Position numbers and translations under genes: made by a program. 64,000 nt of DNA. Origin: a virus. Location of the stretch: the IMG/VR virus record IMGVR_UViG_3300009184_000001, positions 30,441-94,440 of that record. The stretch is one strand, 5' to 3'. Positions within the stretch are counted from its first letter, which is position 1. Each line of letters begins with the position of its first letter. Under the pieces are notes generated by a model that had not been told where the DNA came from, did not search any database, and was given only the letters and a program-made list of their open reading frames with translations. Below are positions 9,188-19,452 of this stretch, piece by piece.

Positions 9188-10918
9188 TTAATCTTTGTCA
9201 ACTTGTCTGCGTGCTGGAATTTGTGTTCCATACGCTCCAGCTACCAAAGAATTCCTTATTTCATCTTCACCCTGCAACTGCTCTTGAGCTACTGCTTGGT
9301 CTTCCTCTGCGGCTACTCCTGAGCCTTGAGGGCCTAGTTGACCGTCACCTAGTAAGTCTCCATTGCCCATCATCATTGGGTCCATAGGAGTAGCAGTGCC
9401 GTCAGGGCCTACCATCATTCCAGTTAAGTCCATAAGCTGCTTAGTAATTTGAGCCTTAACAAGGTTAAGTGCACCTTCAGACTTAGCGTCCTCAATAAGT
9501 TCAGAACGAATCTCCTGCAGCTTTTCTTCAGGGAATTCTTCACCCAGAGCACGCAAAGCGCCTTCTTTAGACTCAAGACCCATAGACATTTTTTGCTGAA
9601 GTTCGTTCAACATAACAATCTTGTCTAGTGGTAGAGGCGGTTCAAAGTGAACATAGTTGCTGTATGTAATTGGGTCGTTAGGGTCAAGCTGAGGAAGTTG
9701 ACCCTCTTTAATTGGCCCATCCTCTTCAGGATTATAAACCATAGTTTCTGGTTCTTTAATAGCAAGGTTAAGAATAACAAGCTGGTTAATCTTTTCAATA
9801 CCTTTACCGTATTGTGTGCTCTTCTGTGACCAACGGTTCATCAAAGGCTGGAACTGGATAGAAAGCGCAACACCGGAGGTATTCGAAATAGGCTGTGCTT
9901 GACCCAATGCAGACTCTGGAATGTTCATCATTTCGTGCATGGAGCGCTTTAATGTTTCAAGGTATTGTAGAGCACCCTGAATACCTGCACCGCCGCCTTC
10001 AAGGTTAAACACCTGGGCGTCTTTAGGTAGACCACCCCAAACCTTCTTAGCACCCTTTTCAAGGTTAGAAGCCTTAGCACCAACGATTACTGTAACAGGT
10101 GCAGCATGGTAGTTAATGATATCCGCGATGTCTGTAGAAATTTCGTTATATGCACGGTTGATAGTAATGATATCGTGGGCATCAGCAAGGCCCCATGGAG
10201 AACCAGATACAGGGATGTTTGGGATATGTACTACAGGAATCATTCCCAGTGGGTTTGGGCGAGAGTCAATCAACTCATCATTAACGTATTCTTCAATGAT
10301 GTCATCAGTAAGAATTTCAGTGTAAGTAAAGACCTGACGAGTTCCTTCTAGAGATGTGCCCCAGAAACGGTACTTCTGCTTAAATCTAAGCAATCTTTCG
10401 CGGTCGTGAGGATGGAACTCAGGGAAACAGAAAGCAGGGTTTAATGGAAGAATGCGTACGCGGCCAGGGTGGAAACGGCCAATGGTATCTTCCCAGGCTT
10501 CTTCGTAAGCTACTTTAACAAAGCAGTCACCAGTGATTCCACCAGTCTGTGCCATTTCAAATAGGATACGTTGCTTATTGTTATCAAGTTCCCAAACACG
10601 TTCTAGACGGTCAGGAATAATAGCTTCAGTTGCTTTAGGGGAGCGAAAGTGCACTCCATTACCAAAAGTAAATCTTGCTAGGTAATCAATGAAAGCACGG
10701 TAGTAATTTACCGAAATCTGCATTTCGCCTTGCTCACGGCGGTAACCCCAGTGATGCCCGAGGTACATCGCCCAGTTGAGCGAGTAACGGTTTAGACGAG
10801 GACCGTGAACCTCAAACTCTTCATCAGCAAGTTCTACAAGACCCAGAGGGGAGATGCTGATTGTAAGGTCAGAAGAGGAAGCTCTATAGCTTGGTGGTGA
10901 AAAGTCTAAGAATGACAC
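9188..10918 (-). CDS. Portal protein
   Basis: 576 aa; NPLGMIPVVHIPN, SGVAL motifs; near the terminase. Confidence 0.85.
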   Translation of the reverse strand: MSFLDFSPPSYRASSSDLTISISPLGLVELADEEFEVHGPRLNRYSLNWAMYLGHHWGYRREQGEMQISVNYYRAFIDYLARFTFGNGVHFRSPKATEAIIPDRLERVWELDNNKQRILFEMAQTGGITGDCFVKVAYEEAWEDTIGRFHPGRVRILPLNPAFCFPEFHPHDRERLLRFKQKYRFWGTSLEGTRQVFTYTEILTDDIIEEYVNDELIDSRPNPLGMIPVVHIPNIPVSGSPWGLADAHDIITINRAYNEISTDIADIINYHAAPVTVIVGAKASNLEKGAKKVWGGLPKDAQVFNLEGGGAGIQGALQYLETLKRSMHEMMNIPESALGQAQPISNTSGVALSIQFQPLMNRWSQKSTQYGKGIEKINQLVILNLAIKEPETMVYNPEEDGPIKEGQLPQLDPNDPITYSNYVHFEPPLPLDKIVMLNELQQKMSMGLESKEGALRALGEEFPEEKLQEIRSELIEDAKSEGALNLVKAQITKQLMDLTGMMVGPDGTATPMDPMMMGNGDLLGDGQLGPQGSGVAAEEDQAVAQEQLQGEDEIRNSLVAGAYGTQIPARRQVDKD

Positions 10919-11160
10919 TACTTATCGTCCTTATCTTTACCCCGGTTGCGTGCCAGGACTTCTCTGCGGTGCTCTATAACCCTCTTCATTAGAGACTTAC
11001 GTTCTGCAAGTTTTGCACTATCTTCAAACCTTCCGCCAAGTTCTAGGTAACGTTGGTGTACCCAGTGGCTTGCTCCTGGAGAAGGATAGATTCTGTACTT
11101 AGCTTTAGCTTGGCCTACCACCATAGCGTAAAGCTTTTCATTCAAAGGTACCTCTGCCAT
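10918..11160 (-). CDS. Hypothetical protein (YPS..AS.W...Y...GG motif)
   Basis: 80-aa ORF, GGAG RBS, coupled to the portal gene. Confidence 0.7.
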   Translation of the reverse strand: MAEVPLNEKLYAMVVGQAKAKYRIYPSPGASHWVHQRYLELGGRFEDSAKLAERKSLMKRVIEHRREVLARNRGKDKDDK

Positions 11161-11219
11161 AATTCTCCTCTAATCGAAGACACCCCGCCCTTGCGGGCAG
11201 GGGTCCATCGAAGCCCTAA

Positions 11220-11615
11220 TTAGTCCTGAACAACTGTTGCGTTAAGACGCATCATGCGTCCGCCCGAAACAACCTTGGTCTCTACAACCTGTTCAGCATT
11301 GTTTGAGAATGAGCCATGAGCAAATTCTCCTAGGAATGTTGGTGCCTCTGCCCAAGAAGCTGAACCTACGTGAGCACGCTCACCCATAGTTTCTTCAGCA
11401 GTCTTAGTGTGTACTGGTGCATTACGGTTTGGACGACCAGGAGCAGCAGCAAAGCCGCTCATGATTCCAGTCTGAAACTCAGTTGGGACGTCAGTATCTG
11501 TAGCAAGACCTTCTTCAAAACGAAGAGGGCCACGACGCTCAGGGTTACCTGACATCTTCATTTCATAGCCTTGAGGTGCGCGTTCAGGGAACTGTGGTTG
11601 TGGGGCGATACCCAT
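11220..11615 (-). CDS. Hypothetical virion/assembly protein
   Basis: Start moved to MGIAP because of an AAAGGAG RBS. Confidence 0.7.
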   Translation of the reverse strand: MGIAPQPQFPERAPQGYEMKMSGNPERRGPLRFEEGLATDTDVPTEFQTGIMSGFAAAPGRPNRNAPVHTKTAEETMGERAHVGSASWAEAPTFLGEFAHGSFSNNAEQVVETKVVSGGRMMRLNATVVQD

Positions 11616-11709
11616 GGGAACTCCTTTAAAGTTAAATTGGAAAGGAACTAGTATTTCCAATATCTAGTTTGTCTGTTTTATCGAAATATTTCATAGTCAA
11701 CTCAGATTT

Positions 11710-13371
11710 TTAGAAAAAAGCTGAATTTGATACTTCAATCTCTGGCATTACTAGTGACTGGGTTAGAGAACAAGCAATAGCTAAAGAGTCTACAAAGTCA
11801 TCGTGGGCGTAGGATTCATCCGGAGCTTCGACTACAAAGTTTGGTCCTTTATATTTTATTTCAACATCTGTCATTTGTTGTATAAAACGTTTATGTACTC
11901 TTAGTCTACGTGTTTTTGCGTGGTTTGGGTAGCTAAGCGAACGTCTTTGTATTAAAGCTTGTAAATGTTTAAATCTTTTAGATTGTTCGCTCTGGCTAGA
12001 GGTTAAAGGGAATACATCTGAACGGCCTAATAATAGTTTAAGACGTTGGGCTACTGCGTCACCAACACCATTGGCGTCTACTCCAACTGCAAGTACATCA
12101 TAGTTAGAAAGGAAGTTTACTATTTGGAAGTATTGTTCTTCCCAGTCATCGCCTTGTATTTCAAGCCAGTTAAGGATTCGGTGGTCAAAATAGCCAAACT
12201 CATCGGGCCTGTCCCAGTCCACCCAGACAACTGTGACAACAGTGGAGTCCATTTTTCGAGCAGGGTCGATTCCGACCACAACAGGGGTTTTATGCCATGT
12301 CTTGACGAGCTCTTGAGATGTGTCACCAAGCTCATCCAATAAGGTAGTCGTAACAAACATGCCTCGTTCAAGTAGCCATTTGCAGTTGTACGACATCTGG
12401 AACTCATCAGAATCTTCTCCAATTCTTAACATCTCTTGTTTAATAAACGTTTTATAGTTTGTGTTGACTTTAGATACATCTCTCCAGTCCCATTGGAAAT
12501 GGTTCTGTCTTCTGCCTCGTTCAGTCTGTAATCTTTTATTTAGTTGAATCGCTTTATAGAAGTTGTTCTTAGAAGTTGTTGGGGTACCAGTCTTAACCAT
12601 GATACCTGCGTAATACGCTAGCATAGGGGCAATAGACTTAGAAACAACAAAGTCATCAGCTTCTTGGCACTCATCAATAACGATAAGATGGAACGACTTA
12701 GATTCAATCTTAGCTCTAGGGTTAGCAGTCATCATTGTTATGCTACTGCCTGAGTTCTTTAGGCGTACCATTCTTGTTACACCACCAATTTTAGCAGCCT
12801 GGTCGTCAATCTCTGGGTCACCCAAAAGCTCTTGGGCACGTTCAGAAGTTAACCTACTAACAGTTCTACCAAATAATGTTTCTGCCTGGCCTTCAGTAGG
12901 AGCAAACAATCCAACCCAAATACCATTTTTATATTTGTCTAACAACTCTGGGTAAAGTATAGATAGCTTTGGAAGAAGCACCATAAGTGTGGATACTGTG
13001 TTAGCAATAGTTTCTGACTTACCAGACTGACGAGATGCTAGAGCGGTAATCTCATCACCCTTACCAATTAAGACAGACTCAATAATTCTTCTAGCTAATG
13101 GTTGCTGGTAATCATGAAGAGCATATCCTACTAGGCCTTCCATAAAGAGCATGATTTTATCTACTAATCGGTCGATAAAGTCTTGAGAAAAGACATCTTC
13201 TTCTTTTTCGTCTTCTTCTTCATCTTCTTCAAGAGCCTCTAGATTACGATAAAACTCTGGGTCAATTTCTTCAAACTGAACTTCTTCATTGTCGTAGTCA
13301 ATTTCTGGGTCTAAGTCCCATGCCGAGGAGTCAAACTCTTGTTCTTCTTCGTACTCTTCTTCGGAGTTCAT
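11710..13371 (-). CDS. terL: Terminase large subunit
   Basis: Walker A ASRQSGKS, Walker B LIVIDE, TGTP coupling motif, nuclease GIDPA and HDDFVDS. Confidence 0.93.
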   Translation of the reverse strand: MNSEEEYEEEQEFDSSAWDLDPEIDYDNEEVQFEEIDPEFYRNLEALEEDEEEDEKEEDVFSQDFIDRLVDKIMLFMEGLVGYALHDYQQPLARRIIESVLIGKGDEITALASRQSGKSETIANTVSTLMVLLPKLSILYPELLDKYKNGIWVGLFAPTEGQAETLFGRTVSRLTSERAQELLGDPEIDDQAAKIGGVTRMVRLKNSGSSITMMTANPRAKIESKSFHLIVIDECQEADDFVVSKSIAPMLAYYAGIMVKTGTPTTSKNNFYKAIQLNKRLQTERGRRQNHFQWDWRDVSKVNTNYKTFIKQEMLRIGEDSDEFQMSYNCKWLLERGMFVTTTLLDELGDTSQELVKTWHKTPVVVGIDPARKMDSTVVTVVWVDWDRPDEFGYFDHRILNWLEIQGDDWEEQYFQIVNFLSNYDVLAVGVDANGVGDAVAQRLKLLLGRSDVFPLTSSQSEQSKRFKHLQALIQRRSLSYPNHAKTRRLRVHKRFIQQMTDVEIKYKGPNFVVEAPDESYAHDDFVDSLAIACSLTQSLVMPEIEVSNSAFF

Positions 13372-13605
13372 CTATGCCCTTGTTTGTAGTTCTTTAATAA
13401 TTGCAATAAGTGCCTCTGCACCTAACAGAGCTTCATCAAGAGAGTCTTGGCTTTTATTGCGCTGGTAGTGGGTTATTTCTTTTCCAATAACAAATAGTGC
13501 GTTCTCAACCCACATAACTAAATCAAGCGTCCCAATCCCAGATACCCTTTTCTGCAGTTTGCTGCTTGGCTGGTGTCCAGCCTTTTTCCTCTTGAAAATC
13601 TTCAT
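13372..13605 (-). CDS. Hypothetical protein
   Basis: 77-aa ORF abutting terL. Confidence 0.55.
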   Translation of the reverse strand: MKIFKRKKAGHQPSSKLQKRVSGIGTLDLVMWVENALFVIGKEITHYQRNKSQDSLDEALLGAEALIAIIKELQTRA

Positions 13606-13849
13606 CAGTTAGTACCCGTCCTTGTATAGCGTTATTTAGTGCCGACTCTTCGTCTATTTGTTTTCCAGTCCACATACCAAAGACTACTGCCTTATGAAAG
13701 GGTAGTCTAAAGATTAATGGAGTTGCTGTACGGAATGGCTCTTTAATTTCTTGAGTCCATCCACGTACTACTAGTTTATACCCCCATTTTACAGGAAAGT
13801 CTATAAACTGTATAAATCTTTTAGTTCCGATGTCGTGTGTCCGAGGCAT
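13523..13849 (-). CDS. Hypothetical protein
   Basis: Start MPRTHD with AAGGA RBS. Confidence 0.6.
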   Translation of the reverse strand: MPRTHDIGTKRFIQFIDFPVKWGYKLVVRGWTQEIKEPFRTATPLIFRLPFHKAVVFGMWTGKQIDEESALNNAIQGRVLTDEDFQEEKGWTPAKQQTAEKGIWDWDA

Positions 13850-13856
13850 GTATTCC

Positions 13857-14828
13857 TTATGGTCGTCTAGCTCTTCCTGCGTTTTTGTTTGGGTTATACC
13901 CCGCTTTTTTAGCAAGTTTATTTAAATCTCGTTTACGTTTAGCCCTAGTGTTTTGACCAGAACCTATTGATGGTTTACCAGTAGCTTGGTTAACTGTAGC
14001 AGTTTTATTTCTGTAATAAATCTGTGATGTTCTAGCAATTTTATATAAGAACTCTTGAGCAGTTGGGCTTAAGTTACTCATATCAGCAGGGCCGTGTTTG
14101 TAAGATAGAAGTTTACCGTCTATAGCTTGCCCACCGTTTTTAGTTTTACGGTTAAGCATTGGGCCTTTTGAAAAAGAGTCATGAAACTCAATCCAAACAG
14201 AAGGTGGTACATCATAATAATTATAGAAGGTTCCGTCACGAAACACAACTGTTAGTACACCTGTATCTGTATCTTGGTTATAATCGTAACCAGCGGCTAC
14301 TGTTCTAGGGCGTCTCCAGTTTGTTGTTGAGGTAGGAATGTCAGCTAAAGCTGAGGCTGCAGCCGGGGTTCCCTTGTATGTCCAACCTGACCTTTTACCC
14401 TGTGTTCTTTCTGGGGTTTCATACCCCGAACCTAGATAGGAATCTGCTGTAATACCTCGTTTATACAAAAGATTTTCAGTACTATTTTCTCCAAATTTAA
14501 AGAACTCATCTCCAAGACCGGAAAGCTCTGCAACTTGTGCTCTATTTTTAAATTGATTATTATTTATATTAAAAATAGCTCGTTGAATTTCAGCTTGTCT
14601 AGAAGCTGTTGTTGAAGAAGCTAGACCCCCAAGAAAACCACGTTCATCATACTCTTCCCCAGCTAAACCTAAAGCTTCTCTTCGAGTATCAACATCCATA
14701 AACTCAGACACTTGACGCATGACTGTTTCACTAGCACCAAGCTGTTTACCTACCGGGTCAAATGCTTGAACGCCTGAACTCCGCAAGGCAAATTGGCCTA
14801 GGTTACTAGAGTTCAGGCGTTCAGCCAT
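13857..14828 (-). CDS. KTSC-domain protein
   Basis: GYD....LTVVFRDGTFYNYYDVP...W..F..S.SKG is the KTSC signature. Confidence 0.75.
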   Translation of the reverse strand: MAERLNSSNLGQFALRSSGVQAFDPVGKQLGASETVMRQVSEFMDVDTRREALGLAGEEYDERGFLGGLASSTTASRQAEIQRAIFNINNNQFKNRAQVAELSGLGDEFFKFGENSTENLLYKRGITADSYLGSGYETPERTQGKRSGWTYKGTPAAASALADIPTSTTNWRRPRTVAAGYDYNQDTDTGVLTVVFRDGTFYNYYDVPPSVWIEFHDSFSKGPMLNRKTKNGGQAIDGKLLSYKHGPADMSNLSPTAQEFLYKIARTSQIYYRNKTATVNQATGKPSIGSGQNTRAKRKRDLNKLAKKAGYNPNKNAGRARRP

Positions 14829-14846
14829 TTTAAATTCCTTTAACTA

Positions 14847-15881
14847 TTAAGCCCAAGGAGTGATAGTGATTGCGGCTCCAGGAGCGGTACTTGCAGTCTC
14901 TGCAGCAATGCTCTGAGTCTTTACAGTTCCAGTAGCACCAGTTAGCTGGTTAGTTGCAGTTAGGCTTGCTGTGTTAGTAGCTGTACCAAATGCTGCGGAG
15001 CTAGTAATGGTTACGTAACCAGTACCAGAACCAGTTACAGTCCAAGTACCTACTACAGCAGCTGGAACAGAGTTACCAGAAGCAATAGTAATCTTAGTGT
15101 TTAGTAGGTAAGCAGTGTCTGCGCTAGCCGCGTAAATGTTGGCCGAGCTAGGCGTGGTTACATCAACACGGGTAATTGTCTTAGCGGTGTTTGTTGCAGC
15201 AGTCGCAGTGGTAATAGTGTTAACTTCACCCTTTAGGCCACTTCTGATAGTTCCGGTAGAGTTAATATTTGCTGTGTCAGCAACAGTAAATGCTGCAGAG
15301 CTAGTAATAGTTACATAACCAGTTCCGTTACCAGCCACAGTCCACTCACCAAGAACGTAAGAAGGAACCTTAGTTGAACCTAGGGTACCAGCTACGATTG
15401 TAATCTTACTGTTAATTGGGTAAGTAGTATCTGCGTTTAGTGCGTAAATGTTAGCGCTACTAGTGGTTGTTACGTTAACACGGGTAATGTCAGCAAATAG
15501 CTTGACGAAACCAGCATCTTCAAGTGCATCAATAGCAAGAGCAGTTGTCTTACCAAGAACTAGTGGGACCTTGATGTAGTCAATTGTAGTGCTAGTGTCG
15601 GCACCACGGGTTCCCTGGTAGAATCCGTAGCTGTCTTTTGCTCCGATTTCATACAAAGGGTAACCATTGTAAGCTCCAACAACAGTATTGTGAACGCTTA
15701 CAGTTGGGTCAAGTAGGGTGGACGGGAAAATGTTTCCGCTGTTTGTTGGGTTATCCTGACGGTCATCGTTAGGCTGCATAGGGAAATTACCCCATACAAA
15801 GTCAACTTGAACGTTTGATTTGTCATCCAATGAATGACCATTATTATTTGTTGTGGCTCCAAGGCCGTTAACAATTGGCAT
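14847..15881 (-). CDS. PASTA-domain protein with two inserted beta repeats
   Basis: VPLVLGKTTALAIDALEDAGF ... GTVKTQS...APGAAITIT; two ITRV.VTT.SSANIYA..ADT.Y repeats in between. Confidence 0.65.
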   Translation of the reverse strand: MPIVNGLGATTNNNGHSLDDKSNVQVDFVWGNFPMQPNDDRQDNPTNSGNIFPSTLLDPTVSVHNTVVGAYNGYPLYEIGAKDSYGFYQGTRGADTSTTIDYIKVPLVLGKTTALAIDALEDAGFVKLFADITRVNVTTTSSANIYALNADTTYPINSKITIVAGTLGSTKVPSYVLGEWTVAGNGTGYVTITSSAAFTVADTANINSTGTIRSGLKGEVNTITTATAATNTAKTITRVDVTTPSSANIYAASADTAYLLNTKITIASGNSVPAAVVGTWTVTGSGTGYVTITSSAAFGTATNTASLTATNQLTGATGTVKTQSIAAETASTAPGAAITITPWA

Positions 15882-15883
15882 TT

Positions 15884-16126
15884 TTATTCTTCTTCCTGAT
15901 TGCAATCATGAGTGTATAGTTCATCCTCGTAGAGAATGTCGCCACAGTATTTACAACGAAACATGCGGACATCATCTAGTGCTTCGTGTAAGGAGTCGGA
16001 GTTTGGGAGCTCATCTTCTGCCCTGGGATTCTGCGCGAAAATCTCAGGAGGAAATGGTCCCCGAGGACTTGAGTAGCCACTAGGGACGGGGTGTCCCTGA
16101 ACAGCGAACTTACGAATGAGAGGCAT
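15884..16126 (-). CDS. Small zinc-finger protein
   Basis: CKYC...H.C. Confidence 0.6.
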   Translation of the reverse strand: MPLIRKFAVQGHPVPSGYSSPRGPFPPEIFAQNPRAEDELPNSDSLHEALDDVRMFRCKYCGDILYEDELYTHDCNQEEE

Positions 16127-16190
16127 TTACCCAACCTTCTTTAAGTCTAATACTAGAGTGCACCATTTTAGCATATTTTTCAGTCTAAAT

Positions 16191-16700
16191 TTAAACGGCT
16201 TGAATAAACGGTTTTGAAGTGTCTGGCAAATCATTTTGGAATGTAGTACCAAGTTGTCCGCCTCTAGGAACATAGTACTTAGTTATTGGTGCTGGATATT
16301 TTTTAGTAGGGGATTGGTTTGTTGGCTCAATAGCTTGAATAGCACGATTACCCGGTTGAAGCAATTGTTGGCGGGATAACGCTGAGTTATACGCTAAGTG
16401 CCTTGCTTTCCAAGCACTATAATTACTTTTTTGACTATTGGTTGGCCTATTAGAAAGAATGCTCATATCAGCATTGTGTCTAGAAAAAACGTTGTTAGTT
16501 TCTAAAGTTGCTAGTGGACGGGCTTTACGAGTAGCGTCCATTTTTTCTTGCATTACTTGAGACATTGGCTTAGTAGGTCTACTGCTTACCCAGTTTTTAA
16601 ACTGTTTAGAATTTTTAATACTAGAAAGAGAGTTTTTTCCTTTTAATTTCCCTGTAGCAGTTGCAAGATGGTAACCTACTGTTTTAGGTGAACTAGCCAT
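16191..16700 (-). CDS. Hypothetical basic protein
   Basis: 169-aa ORF overlapping the upstream gene. Confidence 0.6.
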   Translation of the reverse strand: MASSPKTVGYHLATATGKLKGKNSLSSIKNSKQFKNWVSSRPTKPMSQVMQEKMDATRKARPLATLETNNVFSRHNADMSILSNRPTNSQKSNYSAWKARHLAYNSALSRQQLLQPGNRAIQAIEPTNQSPTKKYPAPITKYYVPRGGQLGTTFQNDLPDTSKPFIQAV

Positions 16701-17040
16701 TTATTTTACCCTCAATATTATCAAAGCGGTTGTTTCCCTCATCAAGTCTAGCATCAATTTGTTCTAGCTTCTTTTCAACTCGAGTGATAGCGTCTTTCAT
16801 GGAAGAGCCGCCGTTACGCTTCAACTCACCGTCAATACGGTTTAAGCGCTCCATTACACCTGGCACGGCGGAACGACCAGGTGTTGCCGGTTCTCCAGCC
16901 CAATCTCTGTGGAAATCATCCCAGGCATCCATAGCAGCGTGTACACGGTCGCATACCGGCTTTAGAAGCCTCCAAAGCAATCCGAGTGCAGTTCCGACTG
17001 TTATGACGCCTGCGGCCCAATAAAAGACAATTTGGTCCAT
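16693..17040 (-). CDS. Membrane protein of the lysis region (holin-like)
   Basis: N-terminal TM segment; NGGSSMKDA motif typical of actinophage lysis-region membrane proteins. Confidence 0.6.
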   Translation of the reverse strand: MDQIVFYWAAGVITVGTALGLLWRLLKPVCDRVHAAMDAWDDFHRDWAGEPATPGRSAVPGVMERLNRIDGELKRNGGSSMKDAITRVEKKLEQIDARLDEGNNRFDNIEGKING

Positions 17041-17159
17041 ATTACTTTATCCCCTTTTTTACTCGATAGCCCCCGCCAAATCCTTCTCCAATAGGACGCC
17101 CAGGACCAGCCCACGAAATTTGTGAGCTAAGTGCTGGATGTCCTATGGAGCCTTGCATT

Positions 17160-17618
17160 TTACTTAAATAGCTTTAGTGGGTCTACTAGACGCTCAAATG
17201 GAAGTAAGTGTGCTTCTACACCTGAAAAGTCTTTACCCATAGTAGCGACAGTCATATGTAGATGAGCGCCTGTTGAGGCTGAGCCTGATGGGGTGTTCTT
17301 GCCACCACCAACTAGTCCTAGAACAGTTTGTCCACCAACAACCTTGTCACCCTTTTTTAGGGTTGGCTTTTCAGCTAGGTGAGCGTAAAGAACCCAGTGC
17401 TTAGCATCTTTTGATGAGTGGACAATAATCCAACCTAGAACGTCAGTCCATTCAACAAGACCGACAGTTCCATCACAGATAGCTTTGATTGGGCTCTTTT
17501 CTTTTGGTGCCCAGTCCTGCCCGCGGTGTGGTCTACCATTGCGGTATGGAGCTAAGTTACCGAGCTCATCTCCTCTAAGTTTTTTATCAAATGGTTCATG
17601 GTATACAAGTTCAGACAT
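17160..17618 (-). CDS. M23 family peptidase (endolysin)
   Basis: HRGQD (HxxxD), YAHL, STGAHLH. Confidence 0.9.
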   Translation of the reverse strand: MSELVYHEPFDKKLRGDELGNLAPYRNGRPHRGQDWAPKEKSPIKAICDGTVGLVEWTDVLGWIIVHSSKDAKHWVLYAHLAEKPTLKKGDKVVGGQTVLGLVGGGKNTPSGSASTGAHLHMTVATMGKDFSGVEAHLLPFERLVDPLKLFK

Positions 17619-17649
17619 GTTTGTCCTTTCGGGGTTATGTATCTATTGT

Positions 17650-17823
17650 CTATGATTTTTGTTTTAGTTTCCGCTTATACGTAGAAATAAAGCCTCTTTG
17701 GTATGCTATACACTCATTTGCGGTGTACTTACGAGTACTATTCGCGGTGTGTTCACGCCAACTTATTAGTGCCAATTCTACCAACTCTTTATGTTTTGGC
17801 ATATTTGGGTTACGTTTAAACAC
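17650..17823 (-). CDS. Small basic hypothetical protein, 57 aa
   Basis: Manual translation MFKRNPNMPKHKELVE...; GTG start overlaps the holin stop. Confidence 0.4.
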   Translation of the reverse strand: MFKRNPNMPKHKELVELALISWREHTANSTRKYTANECIAYQRGFISTYKRKLKQKS

Positions 17824-18077
17824 TAGTCCTCTTTTTTAACATTTTTTAGCTGAACAGACTGCTGGAAAGCAGCGTTGATTTCAGCGTTAGATAATTTACC
17901 ATCTTCTAGGAAAGCAATAGACAAGCGTTCAATAACCTTGGCTACAGCAAGAATACCGCCAACAAGAGCGGCAGTAGCAGGAGCAACGCCCCCAAGGGAA
18001 CCAGCACCGATAACACCAAGAGCGGACGCAACAAATGTTGCCAAAATTCTGAGAAGAACATTTCCAGTAAGTTTCAT
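17823..18077 (-). CDS. Putative holin
   Basis: Two hydrophobic segments, DGKL...EIN motif, next to the endolysin. Confidence 0.6.
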   Translation of the reverse strand: MKLTGNVLLRILATFVASALGVIGAGSLGGVAPATAALVGGILAVAKVIERLSIAFLEDGKLSNAEINAAFQQSVQLKNVKKED

Positions 18078-18170
18078 TTAGTACCTCTAACTAATATAAA
18101 GATGTTACAGATTGTAAGTGTATTAGTAAAGGAATTGTATTTTCTATATTAAGAATACAAAAAAAGTTTG

Positions 18171-18512
18171 TTAATTACTTGGCATACCATTCAAACCAGA
18201 CGGATTTCCAGTTTCTACGTCACTAACACCAGCATCTCTAGCTAATCCTTGAGCTCCCTGCTGTACTGCACTTAGATTAGAGCCAGGCAACAATGTAGAA
18301 GGGTCATAGTTAGTTTGCCCCGACACCATGTAAGGCCACTGATTAAAAGCATAGTTACTTGGAGTTTGTTCTCCACGAGTTTGCTGTTGAAGTTCATACG
18401 GCTGTGTGCCACTAGTCATTTTAAGATTATCATCAAGATACTGACCAATGTCTGTTGCTTGGCCAGCATACATTCCTTTAGTTCTTTTAGAAAGTTTTGA
18501 TTGAGATGGCAT
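18171..18512 (-). CDS. Hypothetical protein
   Basis: 113-aa ORF coupled to the upstream gene. Confidence 0.6.
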   Translation of the reverse strand: MPSQSKLSKRTKGMYAGQATDIGQYLDDNLKMTSGTQPYELQQQTRGEQTPSNYAFNQWPYMVSGQTNYDPSTLLPGSNLSAVQQGAQGLARDAGVSDVETGNPSGLNGMPSN

Positions 18513-18721
18513 TATTGCCTTCCAGTATATTGGGCTTCTGTTGCTCCAGTGGATTTACCTGGAGCCATTCCCTCAAACTTTTTACCTTGACCACTGTCTC
18601 CATCATATTTGGTGTCATCCTTCATTGCTACACCATCATCCCCCATTGAGCCGTTTTTAGTACTGGTAAATGGTTTGTCATCAAAGTCTTTACTTTGTAC
18701 ACTTCTGCAACCAGAACACAT
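18512..18721 (-). CDS. Hypothetical protein
   Basis: 69-aa ORF. Confidence 0.55.
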   Translation of the reverse strand: MCSGCRSVQSKDFDDKPFTSTKNGSMGDDGVAMKDDTKYDGDSGQGKKFEGMAPGKSTGATEAQYTGRQ

Positions 18722-18765
18722 GCCTAATTCCCTTACTATTCAATATAAACAGTATGACAGAAACA

Positions 18766-18797
18766 GAAAGCCCCGCCAGTCTAAACCAGCGGGGCTA
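18766..18797 (-). terminator. Intrinsic terminator after NlpC/P60
   Basis: AGCCCCGC...GCGGGGCT hairpin followed by TTTCTGTTT on the minus strand. Confidence 0.65.
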
Positions 18798-18801
18798 CTG
18801 C

Positions 18802-19341
18802 TTATAGAGTTTTGATTACTCTCACAAACCTTATCTGACTCTTTTTATAGTCTGATAAAGGTTGAACTATCGTAGACTGTGTTCCACGATGTGCATTAAT
18901 CATTTTTCCATTTCCGATGTAAATGGCGGCATGATAGAAGTTAGTGCTGCCATTGTAAGCAAACACTACAATGTCTCCAACTTTAGGGTTAGAAACTCTA
19001 GCTCCAATATGTGCTTGGGCATCTGCCGAGTGTGGTAATACTATACCAAATTGTTTATAAGTCCAGCGTACTAGACCTGAACAGTCCCATCCACGGGGAC
19101 TGGCACCTGAGAATACATAGGATGTACGTCCTACGCGAGTCTTCAGATACTTTACTACATGAGCCATTTGAACAGAATTACGTTTAATCTTTTGTATTTG
19201 GATTAAACCCGTTTTTAATGACTGCTCTTTTACTTGGTGTTGCTGTACTGCCTTTGTGTTTTCAATCTGAGCTATTGCCGCAGAAGCGGAGCAACCAGCG
19301 AGAGTTAAAAGAACGCTGGCTATTATTACGTACTTTTTCAT
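18802..19341 (-). CDS. NlpC/P60 peptidoglycan endopeptidase with lipoprotein signal
   Basis: LAGC lipobox; Y.FSG....GWDCSG; HAAIYIGNG..INA. Confidence 0.9.
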   Translation of the reverse strand: MKKYVIIASVLLTLAGCSASAAIAQIENTKAVQQHQVKEQSLKTGLIQIQKIKRNSVQMAHVVKYLKTRVGRTSYVFSGASPRGWDCSGLVRWTYKQFGIVLPHSADAQAHIGARVSNPKVGDIVVFAYNGSTNFYHAAIYIGNGKMINAHRGTQSTIVQPLSDYKKSQIRFVRVIKTL

Positions 19342-19452
19342 TTAGCGACCTTACCTTTCATTGCTTTAGTACTGGGGTCGTTTATTGTCGAAGTGACATT
19401 CTCTATTAAGTTATAAAAACACCCTAGCACAGATGTTTGTGTTGGGCAACTA

